This document shows, piece by piece, positions 18,448 through 28,126 of a DNA stretch of 54,017 nt. This DNA comes from a virus (Duplodnaviria > Caudoviricetes), in the IMG/VR virus record IMGVR_UViG_3300018048_002591, positions 1 through 54,017 of that record; one strand, written 5' to 3'. The notes under the pieces are model-generated. The model was not told the origin of the DNA and ran no database searches. It saw only the letters and a list, made by a program, of their open reading frames with translations. The position numbers and the translations under genes were made by a program. Position 1 is the stretch's first letter. Each line of letters opens with the position of its first letter.

Positions 18448-20163
18448 TTAGATAAAGCTTACGCCATCGAATGTTTTGAATGCAACAGTGTAATACATTG
18501 TTTCTGGGTGGAATCCAGCATCTACTAAAGCGAAACGTGATTTAACCGCGATTTTAGGAGCCATAGTTCCTTCAGCGATTGTTTCAACAGATTCAGCCAT
18601 TAAGTAAGGCATGAATACCAAACCTGGAGAGTTTCCGTCACCTTTACGTCCAACTGCAACTCTGTAGTCATTCCAAGCCATGTTAGGATCAACATAAATA
18701 GTTACACCAGCAAGAGCACCAATTGGGAAAAGAGATCCACCTGCTTGGTTGATTGTGTTAGACAATGGGTAAGGAACGAATCCTGCGATATCCTGGAATG
18801 CAGTAGCAAGTTCACCAGAACATACTGCGAAAGTAGCAGGACCTCTACGACCTCTTGTTGCGATCAAGTTAGATGCAGCAAGAATCTTAGTGTACATTCT
18901 TCTTTGGATTGTACCTTGAGTTTCACCTCCACCAGTTACGTTGGTTACAGCAGAACCTGCACCTAAAGTAACATTAGCACCAGTGTTATCAAATCCTAAG
19001 TTGAATCCAGCAGCATTGGTAGTAGTTGTACCGTCACCGAAAGCAGCAGATAACAATAATCCTTCAACAGTGCTTACATTCTTAGAGTTAGTAGCACCAT
19101 TACGGAAGATACGATCCAAGATGTATTTGTTGATAGACTGAGTCAATTCGTTAACCAATACAGCTTCTACTTGAGCAACTGCGTCGATTCCAAATTGCTT
19201 AAGGTCTTGAACTTGCTCACGAGTAACAGCAGCAGCAACTTGGAAAGTCTTAGCAGCAACTGACTTGTTAAATAAGCTCAATCCCATGATGTTATCAGGA
19301 GTAGCTTCACCTGCACCTCTTTCGTAAGGATTAACACCATCGATGTTAGTAAATGGAGCAGAAACGTTATTTTTTTCAAAAGCGTTACCAGAGAATCCAG
19401 TAATGTGATCTTCTAAAGCTTTAACGTATTCAGCGTTTCCATCCCAAGTACCAGCAACAGTAGTAGTTGCAGCGTCAGAATAGAAAGCAACACCATTTGC
19501 TACAGCAGCATAAATTGGCTCGTATCCTTCTTCACCTTGACGGAAAGTAAGATCAGTAGCAGTGTTATTACCTCTTACACGGAAGATTTGGTATCCGTCA
19601 ATTCTAGATTTACCTACGTAAGTTAATTCGTAAGCAGCATTGTTGGTAGCAGTAGAAGCAGCGTAAACTACTTGATCAACTGTCCAAGATGCACCAGTAC
19701 CGACATCAGCCTTTACTTTGATTAATAAAGGAGCACTGTCAGTAGCGATTCCGCCAGCGTCAGTAACTCTACCTCCACCGTATACAAAGTCTAAGTAAGT
19801 AAGAACTCCCATAGGACCTTGCATTGGTACAACAGGTACTAAGTCTAAACCTACAGTCTGAGCAGCAACTTGCATAGCAAGTGGCAACAAAGAAAATGGT
19901 CTATCACCTGAACCAGTAGTTTGTCCAGAGAATGCATCCATACTTCCAGGGTTTCCTGGTAAAGTAACAGCATTCATACCCTGAACATTCATGTTAGGAT
20001 TTAAGTGTACAGTATTATATACACTTTCATTAAGGTTATGGTAGTGGCAGTACTTAGACATCCAAGATAACTTAGACTTTTCAGTGATACCGGTAGCCTC
20101 CTCAATGATAGGGCCCCAAGTCTTTTGAACTTCGGCCTCGTTGATTAATTGATTTGCGTACAT
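18448..20163 (-). CDS. gp23: Major capsid protein (T4 gp23-like)
   Basis: WGPIIE, DLVPVVPMQGPMG, E.VQDLK..GIDA, NELTQSINK, IATRGRRG, VYVDP-like, FMPY, PKIAVKSRF. Confidence 0.95.
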   Translation of the reverse strand: MYANQLINEAEVQKTWGPIIEEATGITEKSKLSWMSKYCHYHNLNESVYNTVHLNPNMNVQGMNAVTLPGNPGSMDAFSGQTTGSGDRPFSLLPLAMQVAAQTVGLDLVPVVPMQGPMGVLTYLDFVYGGGRVTDAGGIATDSAPLLIKVKADVGTGASWTVDQVVYAASTATNNAAYELTYVGKSRIDGYQIFRVRGNNTATDLTFRQGEEGYEPIYAAVANGVAFYSDAATTTVAGTWDGNAEYVKALEDHITGFSGNAFEKNNVSAPFTNIDGVNPYERGAGEATPDNIMGLSLFNKSVAAKTFQVAAAVTREQVQDLKQFGIDAVAQVEAVLVNELTQSINKYILDRIFRNGATNSKNVSTVEGLLLSAAFGDGTTTTNAAGFNLGFDNTGANVTLGAGSAVTNVTGGGETQGTIQRRMYTKILAASNLIATRGRRGPATFAVCSGELATAFQDIAGFVPYPLSNTINQAGGSLFPIGALAGVTIYVDPNMAWNDYRVAVGRKGDGNSPGLVFMPYLMAESVETIAEGTMAPKIAVKSRFALVDAGFHPETMYYTVAFKTFDGVSFI

Positions 20164-20242
20164 TTTAGTATTTTTATTTTTTGCACTTTTTGTATAATCT
20201 ATCTACAGTTCTTTGCTTCTTAACTATTAGATTGAATTTTTT

Positions 20243-20250
20243 TATTTATT
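20243..20250 (-). promoter_or_regulatory. Late promoter motif AATAAATA for the capsid gene
   Basis: Recurring motif overlapping the scaffold stop codon. Confidence 0.55.
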
Positions 20251-21967
20251 TGCCTAGATTAAACTTAACTTTACTGATAAGGTTAGCAGCAAAAGATTCA
20301 TTTACCAAAGGTTCTGATTTCTTTGCAGCCTCAGCAGCAGTTTTACTTTCATTAATAGCTTCTGTTGACATTTGAGTATCTCTCATATCTCTTGTTGCCC
20401 AGAAATTATTAATTCCGTATTGGTTACCTAGTTGATGGAATTTAGATTCCGCAATGATCTGTGCCTGGCGAGCCTCAGAAAGGTTATCCCATTTTGCTCT
20501 GAACTTTTCAGGCATATCATCAATTATATTTAATTCTCTTCTCTTTTCAATAAAGGCAGATTCCCAAACGTTTTCTGCTTGCACAGTAGACATAATTGGT
20601 TGAGCATTCATTGATTCAACAATCATTGCTTGTTTCTCAGCAGGAAGAGTATTGAATTGATTCTTTTTAGACTCTCCTAAGAAGTTCATAAAATGCATTT
20701 CAGAAACATTCTTAGTTTCAGCTTTAGCAATCAGTCTTTCCAATTTTTCTTCGATTGATTCTTTGTAGTCTTTTTCTTCTTCATAAGATTCACAGGCTCC
20801 TTCATGTACCTTTCCACATGATTCGCATACTGCATCCTTGCCTTCTTTAACATCGGCAGACTCATTAAGAGTTTCGCCTTCTACAGAATTTACATTTTCT
20901 GCAATGTATTCGGAATACTTGATACTCTTCTCTAATCCTTCACCGAGGTATTCAGAATAAGCAATATTTTGATCAACCTTTTCGGCTACATATTCAGAAT
21001 ATTCAATTCCTTTTTCAAGGTTTTCAGCTACATAGTTAGAATATTGAATTCCTTTATCAGCCATCTCCGCTACATGTTCGGCGTATTGAATACTTCCATC
21101 AAGTTCTTCAGCCAAGTAAGAAGCATAGTCCTTAATTGAATTTACATTTTCAGCGAGATAGTCAGAATAAGAAATGCTCTTATCTAGATTTTCAGATAAG
21201 TATTCAGCATAATCAGAAACCTGATTTACCTTTTCTGCAATATGCTCAGAATACTTAATAAGCTTTTCAATCACCTCATCATTATTAGAGTTAGCAGATT
21301 CCTTAACGTTATTTAGAACTCCGGATACATATTCAGTATACTTTTGAAAATCTTCAACAGTTACAAAATTGTTATTTTCCATTGTTAAATCTTTTTTATT
21401 ATCTGTGTTGTTTTCAGTTTCTTCCATTTCATAGATTATTAAAGTACCATCATCTTCAAAACCAAAAGATTCATTTACTCTTGATAACTCGGCATTCTCA
21501 AAGCCAGGATCTGCAACCAAGTCATAAGTAAAGAATTTTTTAATTTTAACCTTTCCATTTTCATCTACCGTACCGGCAGCTCTACTTGAAATATGTAAAG
21601 GGATACCATCCTTGATAAGAGCTTGTGCTTCTTTACCTTTAGATGTATTTAATAGTCTAATTTTTCCAATAACTTGCTTTTTTGCTGGATCATAGTTTAA
21701 TGATTCAACAACATGAGAAACATTAGCCAAACTAACATCAAAATCCTTAGGATGATCTAATTCACCTAAAAGCTTATTGGTTTTAACCTTTTCTTGTAAT
21801 TCATTGATATGAGGCATTACTTCTTTTTCCTCATATATCCTGTTATTCTTGTTACGAACACCAAACTCGGTAAAGACACCTTCTAATACAACCGAACCGT
21901 CTTCGCCGGTAGTTATATCTAGGTTTGATTTAGCTCTTTCAAGAATCAATAATTTCTTTCCTGACAT
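20246..21967 (-). CDS. gp21: Prohead protease (gp21-like) fused to a scaffold/core domain (gp22-like)
   Basis: LEGVF, NKNNRIY, GELDHP, VSH, ISSRAAG, YDLVADPGF, followed by an acidic coiled coil with 14-aa repeats. Confidence 0.88.
   Translation of the reverse strand: MSGKKLLILERAKSNLDITTGEDGSVVLEGVFTEFGVRNKNNRIYEEKEVMPHINELQEKVKTNKLLGELDHPKDFDVSLANVSHVVESLNYDPAKKQVIGKIRLLNTSKGKEAQALIKDGIPLHISSRAAGTVDENGKVKIKKFFTYDLVADPGFENAELSRVNESFGFEDDGTLIIYEMEETENNTDNKKDLTMENNNFVTVEDFQKYTEYVSGVLNNVKESANSNNDEVIEKLIKYSEHIAEKVNQVSDYAEYLSENLDKSISYSDYLAENVNSIKDYASYLAEELDGSIQYAEHVAEMADKGIQYSNYVAENLEKGIEYSEYVAEKVDQNIAYSEYLGEGLEKSIKYSEYIAENVNSVEGETLNESADVKEGKDAVCESCGKVHEGACESYEEEKDYKESIEEKLERLIAKAETKNVSEMHFMNFLGESKKNQFNTLPAEKQAMIVESMNAQPIMSTVQAENVWESAFIEKRRELNIIDDMPEKFRAKWDNLSEARQAQIIAESKFHQLGNQYGINNFWATRDMRDTQMSTEAINESKTAAEAAKKSEPLVNESFAANLISKVKFNLGK
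20879..21256 (-). repeat. About nine 14-aa repeats (Y-[SA]-[EDSN]-[YH]-[LIV]-A-E) in the scaffold domain
   Basis: KYSEHIAEKVNQVS/DYAEYLSENLDKSI/SYSDYLAENVNSIK/.../KYSEYIAENVNSVE. Confidence 0.85.
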
Positions 21968-21987
21968 TTTCTACTAGTTATTTGATT

Positions 21988-21995
21988 TATATATT
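21988..21995 (-). promoter_or_regulatory. Late promoter motif AATATATA
   Basis: Recurring motif. Confidence 0.6.
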
Positions 21996-22013
21996 ACAAT
22001 CTTTGTAAACTTT

Positions 22014-23663
22014 TTATCCAAGACCAGCCAATGGATCTTCATCTGGTGCACCATCTTTCTTCTCTGGTTCAAAATCGGCCTTATCGGCTCCTAAAAGGAT
22101 TTTTTCTATATCCTCTTCTTTATATCCAGCGTCTTCTAATTCTGTCCTTTCTTTGGCCCTCTGGTTAGCTTTTAGATCCTCTCGAGTAAATCCACCGTAT
22201 CTCTTAACAAGGAATCCTAAATCAAAGTATGGAATTTCTGTCATTTCAGCATCCATTGTACTTAACTGTGTTTTAAGATTACCAATAAAATCAACTCGTT
22301 TTGTTTGTAATTCCATTTCTTTCATTTCCTCAAACACATTATCTTTAACAAATTTAAGTCCTAAACCAGCCTTAAAAGAAACATCATTTTTTAATTCTGG
22401 ATGATTAAGACACATTTGAAGATATACTGGCTTAATTAAAATTTCCTGGAATAGTGATCTTAAACGAGCTACAAATTTTCCAAATTTTATTTCGTCTCTT
22501 AGCATACCACTAGCATCCATATCATATGTATTACCACCTTCTTTATCAAATCGTGAGAAAGGTATCTTGGATGCCATTTTTAATCGGTCGGCAAAATATT
22601 TTAAAGATTCTGTATCTCCTAAATCTGGACCATCACCACCAACGGTACTGATTTCTGGAGATTCTCCATCTTTAGATGGTAACCAATATTCTTTATTGAA
22701 TGGCATCATTGGTTTACCGTTAGTTTGAATTTCACCACTTTCATAGTTAAAGTCTACTACTTCACGATAAGAATTCATTAACTGAGCCAACGATTGTTTT
22801 GCCCTAGTTTTAGATTTACCACCAACAGGGATAATAAACTGAGTTTTAAATGAAGCATTGGAAACAGCCCAGATGATTCTGGTAGTCTCCATAATTCTTA
22901 AAAGGTTAAAAGATCGGATAAGTCTCTCAACATATGATATTCTCATTGGTGAATTTACCTGTGAATAAGATATGTAAATAATTTGAGAATCCCAAAGTTT
23001 TCTTTCTTTGGCACCTTGACCTTTATATTGAACCCATTGCTTTTTTCCAGTATCAGTATCAATACCTGGCATTAGCGAAATTGGATCTAATTCTTTAAAT
23101 CCTATTATTTCTGTTTGCTTATCATTATAAACTATTTCAAACGCAAGGTATCCATCAACCAACCATTTCCTAAAATAATTCCAAGGTTGGATAGAATCGT
23201 TAAATCCAAAATAGTTATAGATGTTATTGTAAACATCACCGATTTCATCCTCTATTGAATTTGCAATATGGCCATTAAAATGAGCATATGCCATAAAGTT
23301 AGATTCATCAAATACAATAGCCTCATCTGTAATTACATCAAGGATATCTTCAATTTCATCTTGTACTGCATATGTTCTTAGTTCATCTCTCTTTCTTTCA
23401 TAATCACTATCAAAGATAGAAATATTTTTCTTAAGAGATGTATCAGTTAATGAAAGGGCAGCAAAAGCACCATAGATGTCATCAGAATCAGATCCCATTG
23501 GATTAAATGTATAACCCATCTGATTTTCAGTAAAACCTACTGCACGGGAATTGCGGATGATCATATCATCATAGGCCATTCCTAAGTTAGAAAGATCTTT
23601 TAATATTTTTCTTACTGGATTACCTGTACTTAATGGTCCTCTCCTATCAGTAAATCCTGCCAT
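22014..23663 (-). CDS. gp20: Portal protein (T4 gp20-like)
   Basis: FRKWLVDG, SYVERLIRSFNLLRIME, EYWLP, LKYF...SKIPFSRF, RDEIKFGKFVARLRSLF. Confidence 0.93.
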   Translation of the reverse strand: MAGFTDRRGPLSTGNPVRKILKDLSNLGMAYDDMIIRNSRAVGFTENQMGYTFNPMGSDSDDIYGAFAALSLTDTSLKKNISIFDSDYERKRDELRTYAVQDEIEDILDVITDEAIVFDESNFMAYAHFNGHIANSIEDEIGDVYNNIYNYFGFNDSIQPWNYFRKWLVDGYLAFEIVYNDKQTEIIGFKELDPISLMPGIDTDTGKKQWVQYKGQGAKERKLWDSQIIYISYSQVNSPMRISYVERLIRSFNLLRIMETTRIIWAVSNASFKTQFIIPVGGKSKTRAKQSLAQLMNSYREVVDFNYESGEIQTNGKPMMPFNKEYWLPSKDGESPEISTVGGDGPDLGDTESLKYFADRLKMASKIPFSRFDKEGGNTYDMDASGMLRDEIKFGKFVARLRSLFQEILIKPVYLQMCLNHPELKNDVSFKAGLGLKFVKDNVFEEMKEMELQTKRVDFIGNLKTQLSTMDAEMTEIPYFDLGFLVKRYGGFTREDLKANQRAKERTELEDAGYKEEDIEKILLGADKADFEPEKKDGAPDEDPLAGLG

Positions 23664-23683
23664 ATTGTTTTATCTTTTATTGT

Positions 23684-24259
23684 TTATATATTCTTGTAAT
23701 ATAATGCTTGTGCCTCGTTAATGTTTCCTCCAAAAAATTTGTTTTGGTTATTAACAGCACCAATGTACCAATCTTCATAACCTAATACTTTAGGTTTTCT
23801 AATTCTATCTAATCTGTATTGTCTTATTGCATACTTAAGATTGTATTTTCTTGCCAACGAAGACTTTAAATTATCATAAGTAAATTCTTTAAGACTACCT
23901 TGCGATTTAGGATTTCCAGTTGCACCTTTTAGCTGTTGGGCTATAACACTCTGAAATGATCTAACTACATCAGTAAGAAATGGTATTCTTGCTTCATAAG
24001 GAATGTAATGTAAATTTATTCCAAGCTGATGATTATCTATACTTTTACCTAGTCCCAAAACGATTGGGTTAGTATCATAAAAGGTTTCGTCAGGTGTAAA
24101 ATATTCAAAGCAATACATTTTTCCATTTTCTAAAACGCCAGTATCTTTTACACCTACTTTATATAAATCGTTTGCAGATGCTTTAGATGCTCCAGTACGA
24201 CCTCTATTTTCTGTAAGGTAAATATCCAAATCTTCAGTAAATGATCCTATTATTGCCAT
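23684..24259 (-). CDS. gp2: DNA end protector (T4 gp2-like)
   Basis: GKMYCFEY, YDTNPIV, LGINLHYIP, IRQY. Confidence 0.75.
   Translation of the reverse strand: MAIIGSFTEDLDIYLTENRGRTGASKASANDLYKVGVKDTGVLENGKMYCFEYFTPDETFYDTNPIVLGLGKSIDNHQLGINLHYIPYEARIPFLTDVVRSFQSVIAQQLKGATGNPKSQGSLKEFTYDNLKSSLARKYNLKYAIRQYRLDRIRKPKVLGYEDWYIGAVNNQNKFFGGNINEAQALYYKNI
23685..23692 (-). promoter_or_regulatory. Late promoter motif AATATATA
   Basis: Recurring motif upstream of the portal gene. Confidence 0.6.
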
Positions 24260-24735
24260 TAGAATAATTTTGAGTCTTCAGTTAAAAGCATTACTTTAAA
24301 GTTTCTTAATTCGGCTGCTTTATTTAATGCTTCGGTTTTACAAAGGTTTCTAACATAAGTTTCATATCCATACTGAAAATTTTTCATAGCCTTTGCAGTC
24401 TTTCTTTTAGGTGGTTTAGGTTTTTGTAATTGAGCTTTTGGTTTTATTTCAACAACATATTCTTCAATTATACCACCTTTATCCATCTTAACATAAAAAT
24501 CTGGATAGTAATTATGAAATTTTTTATCTAAGATATTAAAATACTTTATAGAAAAAGGTTCCGAGATCCAATGTATAACATCTTCATTATGATCACACCA
24601 ATGGCAAAACTTTCTTTCCCAGCTACTACGGTATATTATAGGACCAGGTCCCATATACTTTTTAGGATTATGAGGTTTATAATATCCTTGTTTAAATCCT
24701 GATTTTGCTGTTGGTTTTACCTTCTTTATACTCAT
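24259..24735 (-). CDS. gp4: Head completion nuclease (T4 gp4-like, TnsA-type PD-(D/E)XK)
   Basis: QGYYKP.NP.KY, YRSSWE, YYPDF, EIKP, LTE. Confidence 0.88.
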   Translation of the reverse strand: MSIKKVKPTAKSGFKQGYYKPHNPKKYMGPGPIIYRSSWERKFCHWCDHNEDVIHWISEPFSIKYFNILDKKFHNYYPDFYVKMDKGGIIEEYVVEIKPKAQLQKPKPPKRKTAKAMKNFQYGYETYVRNLCKTEALNKAAELRNFKVMLLTEDSKLF

Positions 24736-24740
24736 GTATC

Positions 24741-25109
24741 TTAGATAGTGTAAATGCCATCACTGTCCGCACTTCCATTAATTGATACAGTTCCTGCATA
24801 TTTCTTTGGATGTAATTTATTCCACCCTTTAGCAAAGCCTCTTTTTGCAATTTCAGTAAAATAAGCAAATGCATTTGTACTTTTTTCTGGATTAAAGTTT
24901 CTCCAATAACGATAAAGATCCATATAAGCATAAGCTATACAATCGTTTCTGTCATCTGGGTTTGCATATGATAATTTTCTTGAACATTTATCTGCTAATA
25001 GCATTAAGAATTCTAATGCCTTTGGTGTTAATTCATCTTGCTCTTTGGATAGTCTAATCTCCTCCAGCAAATCTCTATTATTTAAGTAGTTTCTCTTTCT
25101 AGCCATCAC
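24741..25109 (-). CDS. gp55: Late-transcription sigma factor (T4 gp55-like)
   Basis: NYLNNRDL, NFNPEKSTNAFAYFTEI. Confidence 0.85.
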   Translation of the reverse strand: MMARKRNYLNNRDLLEEIRLSKEQDELTPKALEFLMLLADKCSRKLSYANPDDRNDCIAYAYMDLYRYWRNFNPEKSTNAFAYFTEIAKRGFAKGWNKLHPKKYAGTVSINGSADSDGIYTI

Positions 25110-25126
25110 TTAGGTTTATTTTATTA

Positions 25127-25152
25127 TTATATACAAAAAAAGCCGATAGTTT
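25127..25152 (-). promoter_or_regulatory. Replication-class promoter AAAC-N17-TATAA upstream of gp55
   Basis: AAACtatcggctttttttgtaTATAA. Confidence 0.65.
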
Positions 25153-25168
25153 ATTATCACTATCGGCT
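25135..25168 (-). terminator. Rho-independent terminator after the 625-aa late gene
   Basis: Minus strand AGCCGATAGT-GATAATAA-ACTATCGGC followed by T7. Confidence 0.85.
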
Positions 25169-25185
25169 CTTTAATATGTGGATGG

Positions 25186-27063
25186 TTAGATCTTTACGTT
25201 AAGTTGTCCCTTTGGGCAGATTGTAGATTTACTGGTTTTGAAGTCAATACATTCTAATTGATCGTTATCACCTAGAGAAGTATAGTCTTCGGCATTTACA
25301 TAAACTTCTTGACCTTTTTTAAGACCATTTCCGTTTTTATTAACTTCAGCTTCAACAAAACCGTCGTCTAGTAACTCGTTACGACTTTTTTTTTCAACTA
25401 CATAACTTTCCTGGAGCTCCTTTTCAAACTTAGAGATTTCTTCATCTAAAAGATTCATAGCTTCAGTAAGTTCTTCAGTTTCTCCAAGTTTATTAATAGC
25501 GTCCTTTACCTTAGACTTCTTTTCTTCTAAGAAAGAAATTCGGTCAGAAATAGTAGCTCTTACCTTTTCAGCTTTAGCAGCTTCATTGTTTTCAGCAATT
25601 AATCTTTCAGAAAGAATTGGAGAAGCGTCATAGTTAATGAATTCTTTAACCAATTTAACCGTTTCGGTTGCAGAAGAAATGAGTTTCATTTCGTTTAAGT
25701 GCATTGCAGAATTTACGGTGTTAACATAAATTCCTTCTTCAACAGCGATCATGGTTAAGAATAAGTTAGTAAACTCATTTGAAGTAATTGTAGTGAAATT
25801 ATCCATTTCAGCAAGAAGATCAATTGATTCAAAGAATTTACATACATTATCAATCTTCCATTGGTTTCTGTAACCAAAGAAGTTGTTTGCCAGGAGAGCT
25901 TCTTTTAATTCAATAATACTTGAATTTGATAAATCAACATTGCCAAGCTTAAGAGTACCTTCAGTTAAGCTGTATTCTAAAGTTTTACCGCTTTCACCAA
26001 ATGTAACTAAAGTATTATCCGTGTTCTTAAACATTCCTAATCCTTCTAATACATCAAAGAATCTTGAATCTTTAACCTCAGCTTCAGTAATAGTTTTACC
26101 GTTGAAGATATAATTTTTACCGTGTAAGTGGAAAGTTAAACCTTCAGCAGATTCCAATACTGGTGAAAGCGTAGTAGAAATAGTTCCACCACCATTTGCG
26201 GTAGCTTTATTATCTTCTGCTTTCATTTCATTTACAATTGACTTACCTTCCAAATACCATGGGTTCTTAGAAGAAAGGGCAGAGAATTTAGTTTTAATAG
26301 AATCAGAAGACTCTGTTAAAAGACCTTCTAAATCATTTACCAATCCTTCATATAATTTACCTCTTTGACCTTTTGCTCTTTGAATAGCTTCAGAAATTCT
26401 GAAAGACCATTTAGTATCAGCGTAAGCGCCTTCGATATAAGATCTTAATTCTCTAATTGGATTAATCCAATCAGAAGATGCCAAGTCTCTGTGAAGTTGT
26501 TTTGCAATGTTAAACTTAAGTATTGGGTTAACACTGTTTTCTACTTCTTCACTGATTACTTCAGCTTCTTCACTTTTAAATCTCATTGGGAATGCCTTAA
26601 GAGATTCTTCTAAAATGTTAAGGGCATTTTTAGCAGTATAAGAAACTCTGGAGTTATCAGAATTCATTTCATTTAAGGCCGCAATGCTCTTCATAACATT
26701 TTCATACAGTTCAGCAATTGTAAATTTCATTTTGTTATGATTTTTTTGTTTGTTGTTATTTTCTATAATTCCTTGGTTTCCTTTAAAGGTTGCTATTGCA
26801 GACATTGCTAATTGCTGAGGAATTCCCATTCCTACTAAAATGGAAAGAACCTGCGATTCTTTCATTCCACCTTCTTCAATTACCTTACCGTTTCTTCCAT
26901 CTAATTTAGTCTTTCCGCTTTGTGAAAAGAGAGTAGCAACTATTTCTAATAATTGCTTAGATGGTGCATTAAGGTAAGGAGCATCAGTATTTACACCGAA
27001 TTGTGGATCAATTCCACCGTTCATGTAAACCTGTGTCTGCCCTTCTTTAATAACTTTATCCAT
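25186..27063 (-). CDS. Late hypothetical protein (625 aa), probably prohead/core-associated
   Basis: Late motif upstream; coiled-coil C-terminus; several L-x-E-S sites. Confidence 0.6.
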   Translation of the reverse strand: MDKVIKEGQTQVYMNGGIDPQFGVNTDAPYLNAPSKQLLEIVATLFSQSGKTKLDGRNGKVIEEGGMKESQVLSILVGMGIPQQLAMSAIATFKGNQGIIENNNKQKNHNKMKFTIAELYENVMKSIAALNEMNSDNSRVSYTAKNALNILEESLKAFPMRFKSEEAEVISEEVENSVNPILKFNIAKQLHRDLASSDWINPIRELRSYIEGAYADTKWSFRISEAIQRAKGQRGKLYEGLVNDLEGLLTESSDSIKTKFSALSSKNPWYLEGKSIVNEMKAEDNKATANGGGTISTTLSPVLESAEGLTFHLHGKNYIFNGKTITEAEVKDSRFFDVLEGLGMFKNTDNTLVTFGESGKTLEYSLTEGTLKLGNVDLSNSSIIELKEALLANNFFGYRNQWKIDNVCKFFESIDLLAEMDNFTTITSNEFTNLFLTMIAVEEGIYVNTVNSAMHLNEMKLISSATETVKLVKEFINYDASPILSERLIAENNEAAKAEKVRATISDRISFLEEKKSKVKDAINKLGETEELTEAMNLLDEEISKFEKELQESYVVEKKSRNELLDDGFVEAEVNKNGNGLKKGQEVYVNAEDYTSLGDNDQLECIDFKTSKSTICPKGQLNVKI

Positions 27064-27084
27064 ATTATTGAATTTGATTTGTTT

Positions 27085-27092
27085 TATATATT
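27085..27092 (-). promoter_or_regulatory. Late promoter motif AATATATA
   Basis: Recurring motif. Confidence 0.6.
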
Positions 27093-27106
27093 CTAAGATC
27101 TTTGAG

Positions 27107-28096
27107 TTAATTATCTGCCGTCCCTAGTCCTGAATTTTCTGGACCACCTTCTGCATTAGCATTTCTATAACTCCTACTTGCTTCTGTTTCTGGATTAGGC
27201 TTAGAACTATTAATTTCGCTTTCACTATACGGTCCCCCGGTATTAACACTGTTAGGATCAAAGTATGAAAGATTGCTTTGAACATCTTTACCTGGTGCCT
27301 TAAGGATATTATCTTGACTAGTTAATAGTTTTTGGAATACTCCACCGAAATAGATTCCTATTTCACCTTCTGCATTAGATCTTAATTGTCCTACACCAGA
27401 TGCAGTAGGATTACTCTTAATTGCTTCTCTGGTTAAAAAGTCTATTTCTGAAAGAAGTATACCACTCTCAAAAACAGGCATAAATGATTTTAGTTCAATA
27501 TCAAAAGTTACTTGGAACTCTTTCTTGTCATTTAAGCCCCATTCAAATAACCTATCTTGTGAATAGTCCTCAGGCACAGACATACTTGCCTGGACTCTCA
27601 TCATACCTAAATCACAACTAAATAAGGTACCTTTATATAACTTATTCATTACAGATTCAGTAACCTTTAACATCTCCAAGTTATTTGAGCAAATAAGAGT
27701 TACACCAAATCCCATGGTTATAGGTAAGAAATTTGTTTCTAATGAAAAAGTTTTAAGTATCCCATTCCATTCTCTTACAAACTCAGCTCTTGTAAATTTA
27801 TTAGTTTGGGCAGAAGAATCAATTGCCATAGAATTCATCTGAACAATTCCTCTAGGAACAACTTCATAGTCACCAATTGCTTTACCTGCAGCTTCAGCAT
27901 CATACATAAAATTGTCTAATAAGAATCTTTCATTACCAGAAATTGAATAAAAGAAAGGAACATCTATCTTCTTTAAAGTATCTTCATCTATCTGATTGTA
28001 GTAATAGACTTTTTTACTTAGCTCGGCTAACATAGATACGACTAGGTATCTTAATATAGTATTATCCTTATTGTACTCTTGATTATAGGCAGACAT
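27107..28096 (-). CDS. gp15: Tail terminator / sheath stabiliser (T4 gp15-like)
   Basis: TILRYLVV, IDVPFFY, ERFL, VPRG pattern of gp15. Confidence 0.65.
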   Translation of the reverse strand: MSAYNQEYNKDNTILRYLVVSMLAELSKKVYYYNQIDEDTLKKIDVPFFYSISGNERFLLDNFMYDAEAAGKAIGDYEVVPRGIVQMNSMAIDSSAQTNKFTRAEFVREWNGILKTFSLETNFLPITMGFGVTLICSNNLEMLKVTESVMNKLYKGTLFSCDLGMMRVQASMSVPEDYSQDRLFEWGLNDKKEFQVTFDIELKSFMPVFESGILLSEIDFLTREAIKSNPTASGVGQLRSNAEGEIGIYFGGVFQKLLTSQDNILKAPGKDVQSNLSYFDPNSVNTGGPYSESEINSSKPNPETEASRSYRNANAEGGPENSGLGTADN

Positions 28097-28118
28097 TCAA
28101 TAGATCTATTTTATATTC

Positions 28119-28126
28119 TATTTATC
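28119..28126 (-). promoter_or_regulatory. Late promoter motif GATAAATA
   Basis: Recurring motif upstream of the gp15-like gene. Confidence 0.55.
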
